Assembly (NCBI GenBank): GCA_020891255.1
Contig: BQFW01000004.1
Location: forward strand, 868,001 to 932,000
Direction: 5' to 3'
Origin: Entomortierella parvispora E1425
Lineage: Eukaryota; Fungi; Mortierellomycota
DNA length: 64,000 bases
Positions 52,997-64,000 of the stretch are shown piece after piece. The first letter of the stretch is position 1, and each line of letters begins with the position of its first letter. Under the pieces are notes generated by a model, which did no database searches, was not told where the DNA came from, and was given only the letters and a program-made list of their open reading frames with translations. Both the position numbers and the translations under genes were made by a program.

Positions 52997-53915
52997 ATGC
53001 CGAACAACGAAAGACCTGTAGGCAACAATGCCCGACAGGAAGCCTTAGTTTCTGGCCCAGGCACCACTAACTCGCCCCCCAAGCGCCGAGGAAGACCTCC
53101 GAAGGCTACCGTCGCGACCAGGACTTCAGCTGTGCTGTCCACAGAGTCGCTCGATCCTGTACCCACCGAGGAAACGATGGCAGCCTCCGCAGCTGACTTG
53201 TCTACCTTGAGTGCACCCTCTTCCGAGGCTGTCCCCTCGACTTAGTCGGTTGATCTCGCATCGACACCTCCAGCAAGGAGTGCAAATGCACACGCGTCTT
53301 TTACGCGTCCTTTCGAAACAATGCAGCAGGAAACGTCTGATTTCCCGGATGCTGTAGAGACAGAGATCGCAGCGGCAGTGGCGACTGGACGTGGGAAAAG
53401 AAGGCAGGAAGAAACTCAACCCGGCGATGCTGTCTTAAACGAGAAACGTGCCAAGAAGCCGATCCTCAAATTGACTAAAGTGAATACAGGACCTCCTTCT
53501 TCAGCCAACGGATGGAACAAGTCCCCGTTCTCCCCGTCTGCATGTGATGACCAGGCATCAATCTCACTTACGGAAGAAGTCGTTCTTACCAAAAAGAAGG
53601 AGTCTGCTCGAGTCGTCCTTGAAGGTATCCTCAACCGACCGCCTACAAAGACAATTCAAGCATACAAAACCTACTTCAAGCTGTGGAAGGTAGGTATCCC
53701 CTTTTTATCCAAATCCATGCTGGTTCCTGTAGTGCATCTTTATAAGTATCCAGGCACTAAACTATTCTTGCACGACCATTTTGTAGACCTTTTGCGATAT
53801 GAACTATGATGGCGACAGCACTGTTTCATCCACCAGGATGCTCGAGTACTTTGAGAAAGTCGTTTGGAGAGCCTGGACACTGCTGACTCGTACCCTTCCC
53901 TACATCGAACGTTGA
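52997..53915 (+). pseudogene. Broken Crypton/Ndc10-like (tyrosine-recombinase-derived) gene: AT-hook plus N-terminal core-binding-like segment only
   Basis: KRRGRPPK AT-hook; in-frame TAG at 53243-53245. Splicing 53690..53787 gives RPPTKTIQAYKTYFKLWK|TFCDMNYDGDSTVSSTRMLEYFEKVV, after which similarity and the frame end. The family call is from recalled motif resemblance. Confidence 0.6.
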
Positions 53916-55341
53916 AGGTGGTTCCTTGTCTACGAGTCAAGCTAGTCTATGATTGAACCAGTCAAATCACAGGGCAACAGCGTGGTCTGGTCGGGATCTA
54001 TACACATCTTCCGACTGTTAGGTCGGTGCCATTCCAGGAGGAGAACCCTCGCTACCTACAGTGGTAAACGAGCAGTCATGTAGCTCTCACAATAAAAGGT
54101 TACAATATCAGTGTGGCGATTGATCAATGAACGCTTGATACTCGAAACAAAAGACAGATCAGCCCTCAGCCGTGCTTCTTTCTTTGTGACCTCTGCGACC
54201 TCTATCTAGACTCCCATCCAATCCAGACCTCACCTATCCAGTCTCGATCTCTTACACGCACCTTGACAGCGCTGCTTTCTGCATCTTCCGAACAACTGCC
54301 CATAAACAACATAGCCCTCGGCCTCATTTCCGGTACGGATTTTAGACATTTTTAGACATGGTTTTGTTTATCTACTTGCACCTCAAGGAACGGCTTACCA
54401 ACATGTTTTTGATCTTCCTTTTTTATACCTTGTCGTCCGTCACCAACAGCGCAACAGACCTGTTCAGACCTGTTCTTTGCCTGTTGTCACCAAGCTGAAA
54501 AGGCGAATTCTGAGAGCTAGGCAAGAATAACGGACGAGTACAGCCCGCCCGAAAAGTTACTTTATAGTCTGTTGCAACTAACAACTGCTACCACTACTTG
54601 CATTTGTTGCCAACTCACAGCCACAGGTTCTCAACCACTGGCCCTTATAGCCAGTACCACACCAGAGCAGATCTGACCACCGCGAACGCAAGTTGTCATC
54701 TCGGGAGAGAGAGAGTAAGCGAGCGGATTTCACCTTTTTTTTTCTTGCGCTTTGATTGATGTAATGGAGAGATGGAGAAAAGTACAATCAGAAACACTTG
54801 TGCAGCGTTTTGGACGAGAATCATCCCTCTTGTAACATGTACCCCACCACGCCATCTCAATCCAACTTGATATTATCCCCTACCTGCCGAGGAAACAATC
54901 TTTCTCGTAACGGCCTCAAAAAAACCATCTCACCAAAGGATATTCCTGTCGGTCTCCGGACGAGCACACAATCAATTCATTTTTCCCTCTCCTGCACAAG
55001 GACACATACATACATACAACTTTTCGTTCACCCTTTAAACTTCATCCGCCCACACTTCCACTTTATGGAAAGCCTCCTCAGTACCTTTCCTTCTCTTCGC
55101 AGAACCGGATATTAATACCACGCACTCTTCCACTATTCAGTTGCTAGACAACAACGTCGCCTCACTGCAGATTTCCCTTTCTGCCATTCACGTCATCTCC
55201 AGTTGCTGCTTCCCATTGACGACAATACGCTCACAGTATACGCCTTTCGGTAAGGAGACAACGTGAAGCTTCCAGAATCTGCGAAAAAGTTATATAGGAT
55301 GGCCATCTGATCCAGTCTTCAACACTTGCAGGTAAAAAATC

Positions 55342-58300
55342 ATGGGTTGTAACAAGCTCTTCGTCACAATTCATAAAAATGGATTGTCAAACGTCTCGGC
55401 AACTAGTCAACAAGTTCGAGAAGCTGGGTTCAGTTTGTTCCAGTACGATGTCCTTGCTATGCACCTCAGGACAATTATTCGGCATGCCATTGACGCCAGG
55501 CACTTTCGAAATGGTTCGCTCGACCTTGACGAGTCGATGCTCGCCGCGGCAAGGGAGATAAAGCGGGATATTGACCTTACGCTTACCGATCTCCTCGTAA
55601 CCTCCGATAAAACCACTCAAGGCACTTCCATGCAACCTTCTACTGCTTTTGGGCTCTCGAGTCTTGCTCACGGATCGATCTCCCTGTACGACCGGCTCCT
55701 CTTACACATTGACGGTGGGCCAAGTCTTGCAAAAGGCATTGAACACCAGAAAAGACTCAAAAAAAGAGAAGAGGCTGCAAGCAAGTTGGACTCGTGCATC
55801 CGAGCATTTAACATTAAGAGGGGCCGATCCCGCAGAGTCCCAAAAAAGCTACTCGACCGCATGCAAAAGGAAATGACCAAGGCGTTCCAACTTACAATCC
55901 ATCATAAGGAAGCACTTCACAGGGCTTTCAAGGCGGTCGGTCTCCGGTCACACATCTGCCACGGCGAAGCCGACCCATGTTTGGCCAAAGCATGCTTGGA
56001 CCATGCATCCAATGCACGAGGATCTTCGCAACCCTCGGGCTCTTCTGATTCATCAAGTCTTTCAGTCCCTTCTCAAGGAAAGATGGCTGTGATTACAAAG
56101 GATTCTGACCTCCTTGTGTATGAATCCATCGAGGGAGTTCTACGTCCAAATCCAAAGGGCGCTGGATACATCCTTTACGAAAAAACAGAGGTGCTCAAAG
56201 TCCTCAAACTTTTGCATCCCTTGTTCCTGGTGCTGTATGGCATTTCTCTGAGAAATGACTACTCTTACAATGTCAGGTCAATCGGTCCTGTCGGTAGCCT
56301 AGAGCTCGTTCATCAAGTTCAAGACAAGTACCTGCCAGCTCCAGCGGCTCAAGCTGCTCCACGCCCTTCCTCAGCATCAAGAAAGGGGAAGAATCTTGTA
56401 CAGCCGCCGTTTCCTTCCTCGGCAGCATCGAGTTCTCTCGGATCAGCTCAGCGTAAAGGCAAGTCTGTCGTAGCGCCTGTGTTTGCTCCTTCTCCTACCC
56501 CTACTCCTACAACTACACGAGGGAAGCATGCTCGAGGACTCGGCCCCGAGGATGAAGGTCCGGCAGTAAAAAAACGAATCGGCAGCGACCCAAGCGCCGA
56601 TGCTGCGTCGGCCGCAGGTCAGAGCTCGATAATCTCGGTCAACCCACAGCAGTCTCAACCATCGCCAGAAGAGCTCAAAAGCATCAGAGACCTCGTCGCG
56701 TGTTGGTGCGAAAAGGCATCTGCCAAAATCAAGAAGAATGTCTATGCTACTCGTTTCGAGAACACCATCCAGACCTTTGGATTCTACAGTCAGCTGGTTG
56801 TTGGTGAGGATCCTCTGGTAAACTTTTGGTACGTTTACCAATTCGAGCCACCTCTCCAGCCCCCATTGGCGGCTTGGCCCGAGGACGAAGAGGTTGCACC
56901 AGAGAAGACGGACAAGATTGACCCGGATACTCTCTCGGCTCGTGCGCTTGTCCTTCTCGAACAATATGCCAAAGTCCGAAACCATCTCAATGAACAAGCA
57001 GAGCGGTCTCCTTCTCCCTGGCACGTAAGTGATCCACTTGATACCCAACCCTGATACTCTCTATTGAGAAGATGCATTCAGACCCTAACATCCTCTTTTT
57101 TTTCTTCCGTGGTTACCTTAGTATCAAGTCCTACAATCACACTCGCTATCACAATCTCCTTCCAGGTCAAATCCAGGCAAACGGCGATGTGATCGATATA
57201 ATTAACCGCAGGCCTCCCTACAACCAATTCTCCCACCACTATATCAAGAAGGACGGGTTCCTTCAAGGCCGATCCATCAACGATATTACTGCTGTCAAAC
57301 CAAAGTCTGTATCTATTACTGCGACAGTCTCGGGTTCTACAAGTACGGCCCAAGCCCATTCATCCAGTGGTGCTGCGGCCAGTAGCGGCGGCAGCAGTTC
57401 AAAGTCCAAGCGGAATACCAAGAAGAAGAAAAAAGGGCAACAAGCACCGCAAAAGGGCAACAAGCGGCGCAAAAAGGACCCCCACGGACTATAAGGAAAA
57501 GGCCCCGGCGGGTACTGGTCCCAAGCCTTCGAGCGCCACCATAAGGGCCAGAAAGTCGGCACAAGAGTACGAGATGAGAACCCTCACAGTTGGCAGCTTG
57601 GCCAAGAATATTTGCTCCTGTCTTATGGCCAATCGAGATATGGACAAATACCCTTTCAAGTCCCCCGAGTTCTTTAGTTTTTTCCGCGAGCAGAGGACGC
57701 TTGCAGAGAAGGTTGCCAAGAGAATTCAAGTGTGCGTGGAAACAGCACAAATGTACCAAGAGACTTTATACGCCATCATTATGCTTGCGATTGACGACGT
57801 CAAAGACCCATCACGCCTGAAGCAGCAGTCCCAAGAGGCACGAAGAATCGAGGTTGGGTCCTCTCGTTACCGTGAGCGATTACCCTGGGAGCTGCCAGAG
57901 ACGTACGATAACTCTTTTATTGCCTCGCTTCTCGATCAAAAGGTTATATACGGGCTCTCCTCCCTGATCTTTTATGGTAAAAACCGGGCAACAGAGGCTG
58001 CTATCGAGGCAAAAGATGCACACCAGAATACATCCACTCGCAACGCTTCAACCAGAAAAATGGATTACTCCAAGAACTATGGGACGTGGATTTTTGAACG
58101 GTATCGGCAAGAGACTGGATTTATTCCGTTTGCTGAAAGAGACATTCACATCTTACACGCCGAGGCGACCCGTTCTGCGGCATCTGATGTGCTTGAGGCC
58201 ATCGACACGCACTACAAGTATGCCTTGGTAGGTCACCCTTCTCCATGTACCGAAATCTAGTATACATGGCTTTGATTCTGCCGGCTGATTGCTTTTTTTA

Positions 58301-60317
58301 TGTTGAACCACTCTAATGAACATAGTTCAAAGACGAAGCAAAGAAGGACATTAAATGGGACAGAAAAGACGGTCAACCAGCCATATCATGGTTCCAGGCT
58401 CACAACACAGGACAATTCGCAGACTTCGTCTCACCAAAAGTCATGGCTAGATTTGTCGGCGTCACCGAGAAGGATCTTTTTCTGTTTTTATCACCTCCTC
58501 CGAAAAGCATTTTCGCGAAAGAAAAGGACCAATTCGATGAAGTCTCCGCTACCGAAGACCATGCTGGACCTTCATCCTCATGCGGCATGGAAGGAGCGGC
58601 TGGCATATCAACCACAGTTGAAGACCATGCTGGAACGTCATCCCCAAGGAGCACGGAGGGTACGGCTACCACAGTGACCAATGTCGACTTTGTATTGTCA
58701 TCCCAGTCAACCGCCAAAGTTGAGTTTGCGGCATCTTCTGGCAATGACAATCAGGAGGTCTTGAGCAACGTTTTGGACAAAATATTCACACCAACTGGCA
58801 AGACAAAGCAAAAGGCGCGATCCGATTATATTTTGAGCAAGAAGGGTTGGTTCATCACTCAGCTTCTATATGACCGAGGCAAGACCGACTCGAACAAGGA
58901 GCTTAGGCGCAACGAAAAGGGATTCAGACGTAATGATGGATATGGCCGTAAAGTCCGCCTTGGCAGCGAAAAAAAATCTCATGACAGACCCTTGGAGCTT
59001 CGGACAGAGTTCAAGACCAATGGCCTGGTCTTACAGCTTGTTGCCACGGACTCTAGGTACCCTAAAAAGGCGAAGTCAAAATATCGATACCATGACGACG
59101 AAGAGGAGGAGGAGGACATTCTGGAGCAGGAGGACCACGTAGAAGAGATCAGCGATGAGGACCAAAAGATCGTCAATAGGATCATTCGGGAAGATGCACA
59201 GTACGCCAGAGATCCTCATATTATCCAAGGTCATTACAAGCATAAACATGCTGGAAGGTCAGAGGTGACGGACAAGGACGTGAAGTATCGAAAGGAAAAC
59301 GATATTGTCTTTACACAGTCAGGATACGAATGCGACCTGTCCGCTCGGTCGGAGCTGTTGGCCAACGCCAGCCAACTGACGTTCCCCACATCGCTAAAGA
59401 AGGTTATCGGGATCGATCTCGGAGAGATTGTCACGGCGGCGGCGTGTCTTCTCGACAAGGACAATCCAAACTCCCGATACGCCAAAACGATAAAGAGGTC
59501 ATACCTCTATGAGCCGTCCTGGAGATTCACACGACTTCTACGCTCCACAAAGGCAGCAAATTTTATTGACATTCTGGAATCCAAAACTCCGTCCAGGAAA
59601 CACGGGGGTGTGCTCGATTATTTCAACTACCAGGGAAGGTCAGCCCAGGAAGTCCTGCAAGAGCATTTTGCGAGTGATGCAAAAGCACTTGAAGCAATCT
59701 CCAGGCCAGAGAAGGAGAACGTCTTGGAAGGTTCTGTCAGAGAAGTACTGTTCAGATTCTATCATTCCAAGTGGATGTTGAAGAAGAGTTGGGACGCCCG
59801 AAAAGCATCAACTCAGGCACTCGATATCGCAGTCAATGCTATCATCAGTCTTGCGGGGATCAACAACGAGTCGGAAGCCCAAGTCATTTTCGCAATCGGT
59901 TTAGCAGTGTTCCGCAGCGGGTTCGGGCCCTCGTCTAAACACCTAATACTCTTGAAAAAACTGGTGAAAAAGGTAAGGTCTCTTTTCATGTTTACTAGTT
60001 GAACTTCCAGAAATAAGGTCACTTGTACTTATTGCAGCCTCGAACGATTTTAGATTCGAGAAGCTGGGCACATTGCTGTAGGTGTGCACGAGTACTACAC
60101 GAGTAGCAAGTGCCCACGAGAGAACTGCAATCTATTTCTCAAAGATAAGGGGAATCGGAGCAAGTTCTGCTCAGGCTGCAATGTGTACTTTGACCGCGAC
60201 CAAGTCGGGTCTGAGAACATTGCCAGGGTGTGCGTGGCCTTCCTAAACGGACTTGAGCGACCAGCAAAATACAAGCCCGCGCCGCCCGCACCAGCACCAG
60301 CAGCCTCCTCTTCATGA
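55342..60317 (+). CDS. XPG/FEN1-like nuclease fused to a Fanzor (TnpB-like RuvC + zinc finger), ~1,550 aa; exons ~55342-57024, 57177-58227, 58326-59972, 60054-60317; frame break near 57480
   Basis: XPG/PIN motifs: MGCNKLF, YDVLA, HIDGGPSLAK, GEADP, TKDSDLL, RNDY. RuvC-I VIGIDLGE (D at 59415), RuvC-II GVHEYYTS (E at 60090), CPRENC..CSGC, RuvC-III FDRDQVGSENIA (D at 60198). Introns 2 and 3 splice in phase 0. Confidence 0.85.
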
Positions 60318-60499
60318 GCGCCACCAAAAAACTTTCGGGGCCTGGCAAGCCCAACACAATTTGTAAGTCACCAATGCGTTTTTATTATTGGTTGCCATTC
60401 AATATTCAAAACCCAGTCATTAATCTCTGCTTTTTTTCAGACAAATTCACTCCAGATACTGTATGTGCTGAGATCCCTCCTTGAAACCACCAGAAGTCG

Positions 60500-60700
60500 T
60501 CCCAAAGGCCCCATGGCTTTGTCTCATCAAGATGATACTCTACTTTGTTCTTCTAAAAGGAGGCTTCCGGCTCCTCGCTTAGCTTTGAATGACGGAAGGG
60601 GTGGCCCTTTCGTCACGGAACGCTCGCGCCAGCTATGCCCGCCACCTACGCCCATCGCGGACTAATTCGCATGATAAAAACAGCGAGGAGAAATCATAAA
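60500..60700 (+). ncRNA. Candidate Fanzor omega RNA scaffold
   Basis: 9-bp outer stem CTCCTCGCT (60571-79)/AGCGAGGAG (60682-90), inner TAGCT/AGCTA, 11-bp hairpin at 60590-60615, GCGGA-CTAA-TTCGC hairpin; located just 3' of the RuvC ORF. Confidence 0.55.
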
Positions 60701-60840
60701 GATGAGAGCAAATTGTCAGCAAACTGACTGGATGAACCCTTTTACGCCCTGATGCACGATTGATCCGGCATGGTTCCGTGAGGCTCTGGATCCACTCTTG
60801 AGCATAGACCATTCTATTTCTGCGCCAGCAATCCAGCAAC

Positions 60841-60849
60841 GAGAGAGAT

Positions 60850-60892
<43 letters not shown>
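60841..60892. repeat. (GA)n microsatellite
   Basis: Tandem GA run. Confidence 0.9.
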
Positions 60893-60893
<1 letters not shown>

Positions 60894-61692
60894 GTGCCAT
60901 ACACATGCACTCTGCACTCACTACTGGCGGGTTGCAATTGCTTCCCCTGTCTTCATCCTCTATCAGTCTCTTCACCCTGAAATACTCCCCTTTTCTTTTT
61001 ACCCATCCAGCCCGGAATTCGCGCAGGAACCCACTGAGCTTGCTACTGTTCGATAAACTCCTTGCCTTCATTTCCCTTTGATTGTGACCTCTATCCCACC
61101 CCTCTCTCGGGCACCTTGACTTAACTGCTTCAATTGCCTGGGCTGGTGCAACCCGCAATCCTTTCCTTGGGCAAACTTTTTAGTCCTGAACACATCAACA
61201 AAACATGGTCCCCCTCGTTCCCCCTCTCTTTGTGCCCCCTTTCCTTCCTTCCAGGCAAAAACGAAAGAGAGAGAAAGAGAGAGAGGCAGCCCGACAGTTC
61301 CCCCCTTCAGTTTTTCCTGTCCTGCTCACACGAGCAAAAAATATATAAAAAAAAAGAGTAAACGGCCTGACTCTTTTTCTTTTTTCCTGCTCCACACTGA
61401 CTGACTGACTGACTGACTCCAGGCACGGTACACTTTCCGCGCTTCTTTGTTTGAAAACTTTCTTCTTTTTTCCTCTTCCTCTTCACCTCTTTGCCTCTTT
61501 CTTTCTCTCTCTCTCTCTCTCTCTCCTTTGCCTCTTCTTTTTTCTCTTCTTTCTTTGCCATTGCCATTGCCCCCTCCCTCCCTCCCTCACACTCACCCCT
61601 TCCCTCACTCGCTCGTCTCTCTTCCTCACAATCCAACCGGCCACTTTCCTTGCTCGACGCCCTCTCTCCCCTCCACATCCACTAAGACAACC

Positions 61693-62754
61693 ATGTCTGT
61701 ACACAAACACCTTGGTCGGTTCAGGACTAGGTCCCTCTTGGGCTCTGTTCTGCTGACCTTGGCCATCCTTCTTGCTCAACAAGTCTCTCCCAGTGAGGGA
61801 CGTGTTCTCCTCCACGCCCGGGATTCCCTCTACAGCACCGGCAACAGCAACAACTACAAGAGAAACGATCTCCGCGCCTCGGTGGCCATGGCGGCTGCAG
61901 AGGCCGAGAGACACGAAGCTCTGTGGAAACGACACCAAGGCCACTCTCCCTTCACCAACAAGGACTCCCCTCCTAGAGCCTCCCTTGCCCAAGGAAGCCA
62001 GCGGAAGCGGAGTTTGTTCTCACATGTAAACGATGACTTGCCGCCACCTCCAGAGCCTGAGCGCCCTTCGAAAGAGCTACGAGCCTCTCGAGACCGCCAG
62101 GACAGGTGGAGTCAACAGTACCACCATGACCAACAACAACAGCAACCACAACCACAACGTGGACAGAACACGGACGGCCGAGACCCACCCAGACCATCGT
62201 TCCACGAACAAGAACCAGAGAACACGGATCTCTGGGGAGAATACGAATCACGAACCTTGATCGAGCCGCATTATCCATCCATTGACCTCTTTGAAGAAGA
62301 GGACGACGACGACGACCACCCTAATATCAACAACGATATCCACGCTAGCAACGATAGAGATTATGACGATAACAATCACCATCGGATGCCATCAACAGTG
62401 GAGGATGATGAAGATGAAGAGCTTTTGGAGCTCGGTGAAGACGGAGTCTTTCGTCGAGCCCATCAATCGCGTACCAGCATTCACCATCATCAGCAACTAC
62501 AACAGCAAGTTTGGATGGTGGACGAGTGGGAGGAAGACCTCGAAAGCGAGATGGACGAGCTGTTGGACTGGGCCGAGGACGAGGAACTCCACCTGTTGGA
62601 ACGCTTTGAACGGTTGCAAAAGTCAAGTAAAGACATGGGCTCTGAAGATGAGCAACTTCGTGACCAGGAAAGTTCGCTCCGTAACTTTGTCCTCGAAGAC
62701 GAAGACGAAGCCAGCCCGTTCGAAAGGATCTTTTCAGAATCCTGGCTCTTCTAA
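61693..62754 (+). CDS. Uncharacterised putative secreted protein (353 aa), acidic and low complexity, single exon
   Basis: ATG at 61693, hydrophobic signal-like LLGSVLLTLAILLA, long open frame. Confidence 0.7.
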   Translation: MSVHKHLGRFRTRSLLGSVLLTLAILLAQQVSPSEGRVLLHARDSLYSTGNSNNYKRNDLRASVAMAAAEAERHEALWKRHQGHSPFTNKDSPPRASLAQGSQRKRSLFSHVNDDLPPPPEPERPSKELRASRDRQDRWSQQYHHDQQQQQPQPQRGQNTDGRDPPRPSFHEQEPENTDLWGEYESRTLIEPHYPSIDLFEEEDDDDDHPNINNDIHASNDRDYDDNNHHRMPSTVEDDEDEELLELGEDGVFRRAHQSRTSIHHHQQLQQQVWMVDEWEEDLESEMDELLDWAEDEELHLLERFERLQKSSKDMGSEDEQLRDQESSLRNFVLEDEDEASPFERIFSESWLF

Positions 62755-63605
62755 AAGAGTCATGAGAATGTGTCCCACGAAGCGGAGCAGAGGGAATGCA
62801 AGGGCCCTTGTGAACCCTCGGATGGATCAAGTACATGTATGGCCCCATCCATAACCTTCAAGTCTTGGGCTCACTGACACACTCTCACAACCCTCGTCGC
62901 CTAATCCATCGTCTTGGTTTCGTTCCAATCTTTCTTTGCTTCCCAACCTTGCTTTACTTTGCTTTTTTTTTATTCCTGTGCTTCCTGCCTTCTTGTCTCT
63001 CCGTGAACACGCTCAACATCCTAGTCAATCGTATATACCATTTTGCCTCTTTATGTGGCGCTCTCTACCTGTAAATATTTTTTTCTATTTTTTCTCTTTT
63101 CTTATCCAACCAGTTCTTTCTTCCTCTCAGAACACGCGGTCGCTGTTTATTCCTCCGTTGATGTCAATCCTCGGCAAAGACGTTTGCCCCCTCTCCCTTC
63201 TTCTTCTATCTCTCTTGCCTCCCTGTTGTGATAGAAACTCCCACACAGGGAAGCGGCTTGGCCCCACTCCTTTCCCTCCCCCGGGTTTCATAGTTCAAAC
63301 AATTGTCGCCGGCCGAAGAGAGAACAATTGGCAGGCCCAATTGTCCTCCTCGTCCTCCCTCCCTCCCTCCCTCCCTCTCCTCCCCCCCTTTTTTTTGTTT
63401 GTGGCAGTTAATAGCTAGTAGCTTAGTCAACTCTTTCTGCAGCAACAAACAAGATGTTCAATCCCTTCAACATGGTCCCGCCAATTTCTCTAGACTGTGC
63501 ATATGCAAGATGAAAAACGCGTAAAACAAAAAATTGGTGTTTTTTGGGGGAGTGAAGACAAGCCCAAATTTATTATGGAGTTGTATCAAGCTGGGGGCGA
63601 TTGAT

Positions 63606-64000
63606 TTAATCGAAGAGACCGAATCCCATATCGTCATCAGACTCCTCCTTGGCCTCCTCCTTCTTCTCCTCGGCCTTCTCGGCAGCGGCAGCGGCACCAC
63701 CGGCAGCGGGGGCAGCGGCAGCGGAAGCACCACCAGCGGGGACGGAAGCGAGCTTGGAGGAACCCTCAGCGATGAGCTAGTCAAAGGGAAAAGTTTAAAA
63801 AAAAAGATACAGTCCTTGTTAGCAAAGACTTTCACTCCAGCCAATTTTTTTTTTTTTTGCCATCAAGTTGAGTCGCTTCGTTTTGATCGATTGTTCGCCA
63901 TATACCTCGTTGATGTCCTTGCCGGCGAGCTGGGCAATCAAAGCCTCAACGCGCTCAGACTCGGTCTCGACACCGACGGTGGCGAGGAGAGCCGAGATAT
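63606..64000 (-). CDS. RPP2: 60S acidic ribosomal protein P2, 3' part (continues off the window's right edge)
   Basis: [31 protein letters not shown]|[13 protein letters not shown]...[13 protein letters not shown]. Confidence 0.95.

Larger units (their letters stand above)
52400..60700 (+). mobile_element. Putative Fanzor-carrying mobile element or nested elements; ends not resolved
   Basis: The Crypton-like relic, XPG-Fanzor gene and structured 3' segment are co-oriented between LITAF and a secreted-protein gene. No matching TIR or TSD was found by eye. Confidence 0.5.

Noticed and set aside
1-64000. Very long A/T homopolymers in introns and intergenic DNA as retroposon tails
   Set aside because: They are ubiquitous across the window with no TSDs or element bodies; more likely a genome or assembly trait.

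Overview
Intron-rich eukaryotic DNA from a fungus. Gene style and accessory gene families suggest Mortierellaceae (Mucoromycota), which is an inference. The backbone is housekeeping: CDC73, GPI18, TAF9, a 2-hydroxyacid dehydrogenase, an arrestin-like protein, a MetR/CYS-3-type bZIP, TAF7, ARG82/IPMK, ERV1, MEX67, RPT5, SPS19, an SH3 protein, tRNA-Arg(ACG), a LITAF protein and ribosomal protein P2. Two accessory regions interrupt it. (1) About 16.1-23.4 kb is a patchwork island with two small secreted-protein genes (one bacterial-looking, with an intron in its signal peptide), two truncated HEAT-repeat relics, a decayed DNA-level copy of the bZIP 5' end and a ~0.5 kb duplicated block. (2) About 52.4-60.7 kb is a mobile-element-like region with a broken Crypton/Ndc10-like gene, followed by a 4-exon gene of ~1,550 aa. 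That gene joins an N-terminal XPG/FEN1-type nuclease domain to a C-terminal TnpB/Fanzor RuvC-zinc-finger nuclease. The expected acidic catalytic motifs are present, but at least one frame break lies in the linker. Downstream are a 3'-UTR intron and a strongly base-paired ~120-200 nt segment that is a candidate omega (guide) RNA. This is the main candidate novel system. All exon models were built by hand, and no database searches were run.
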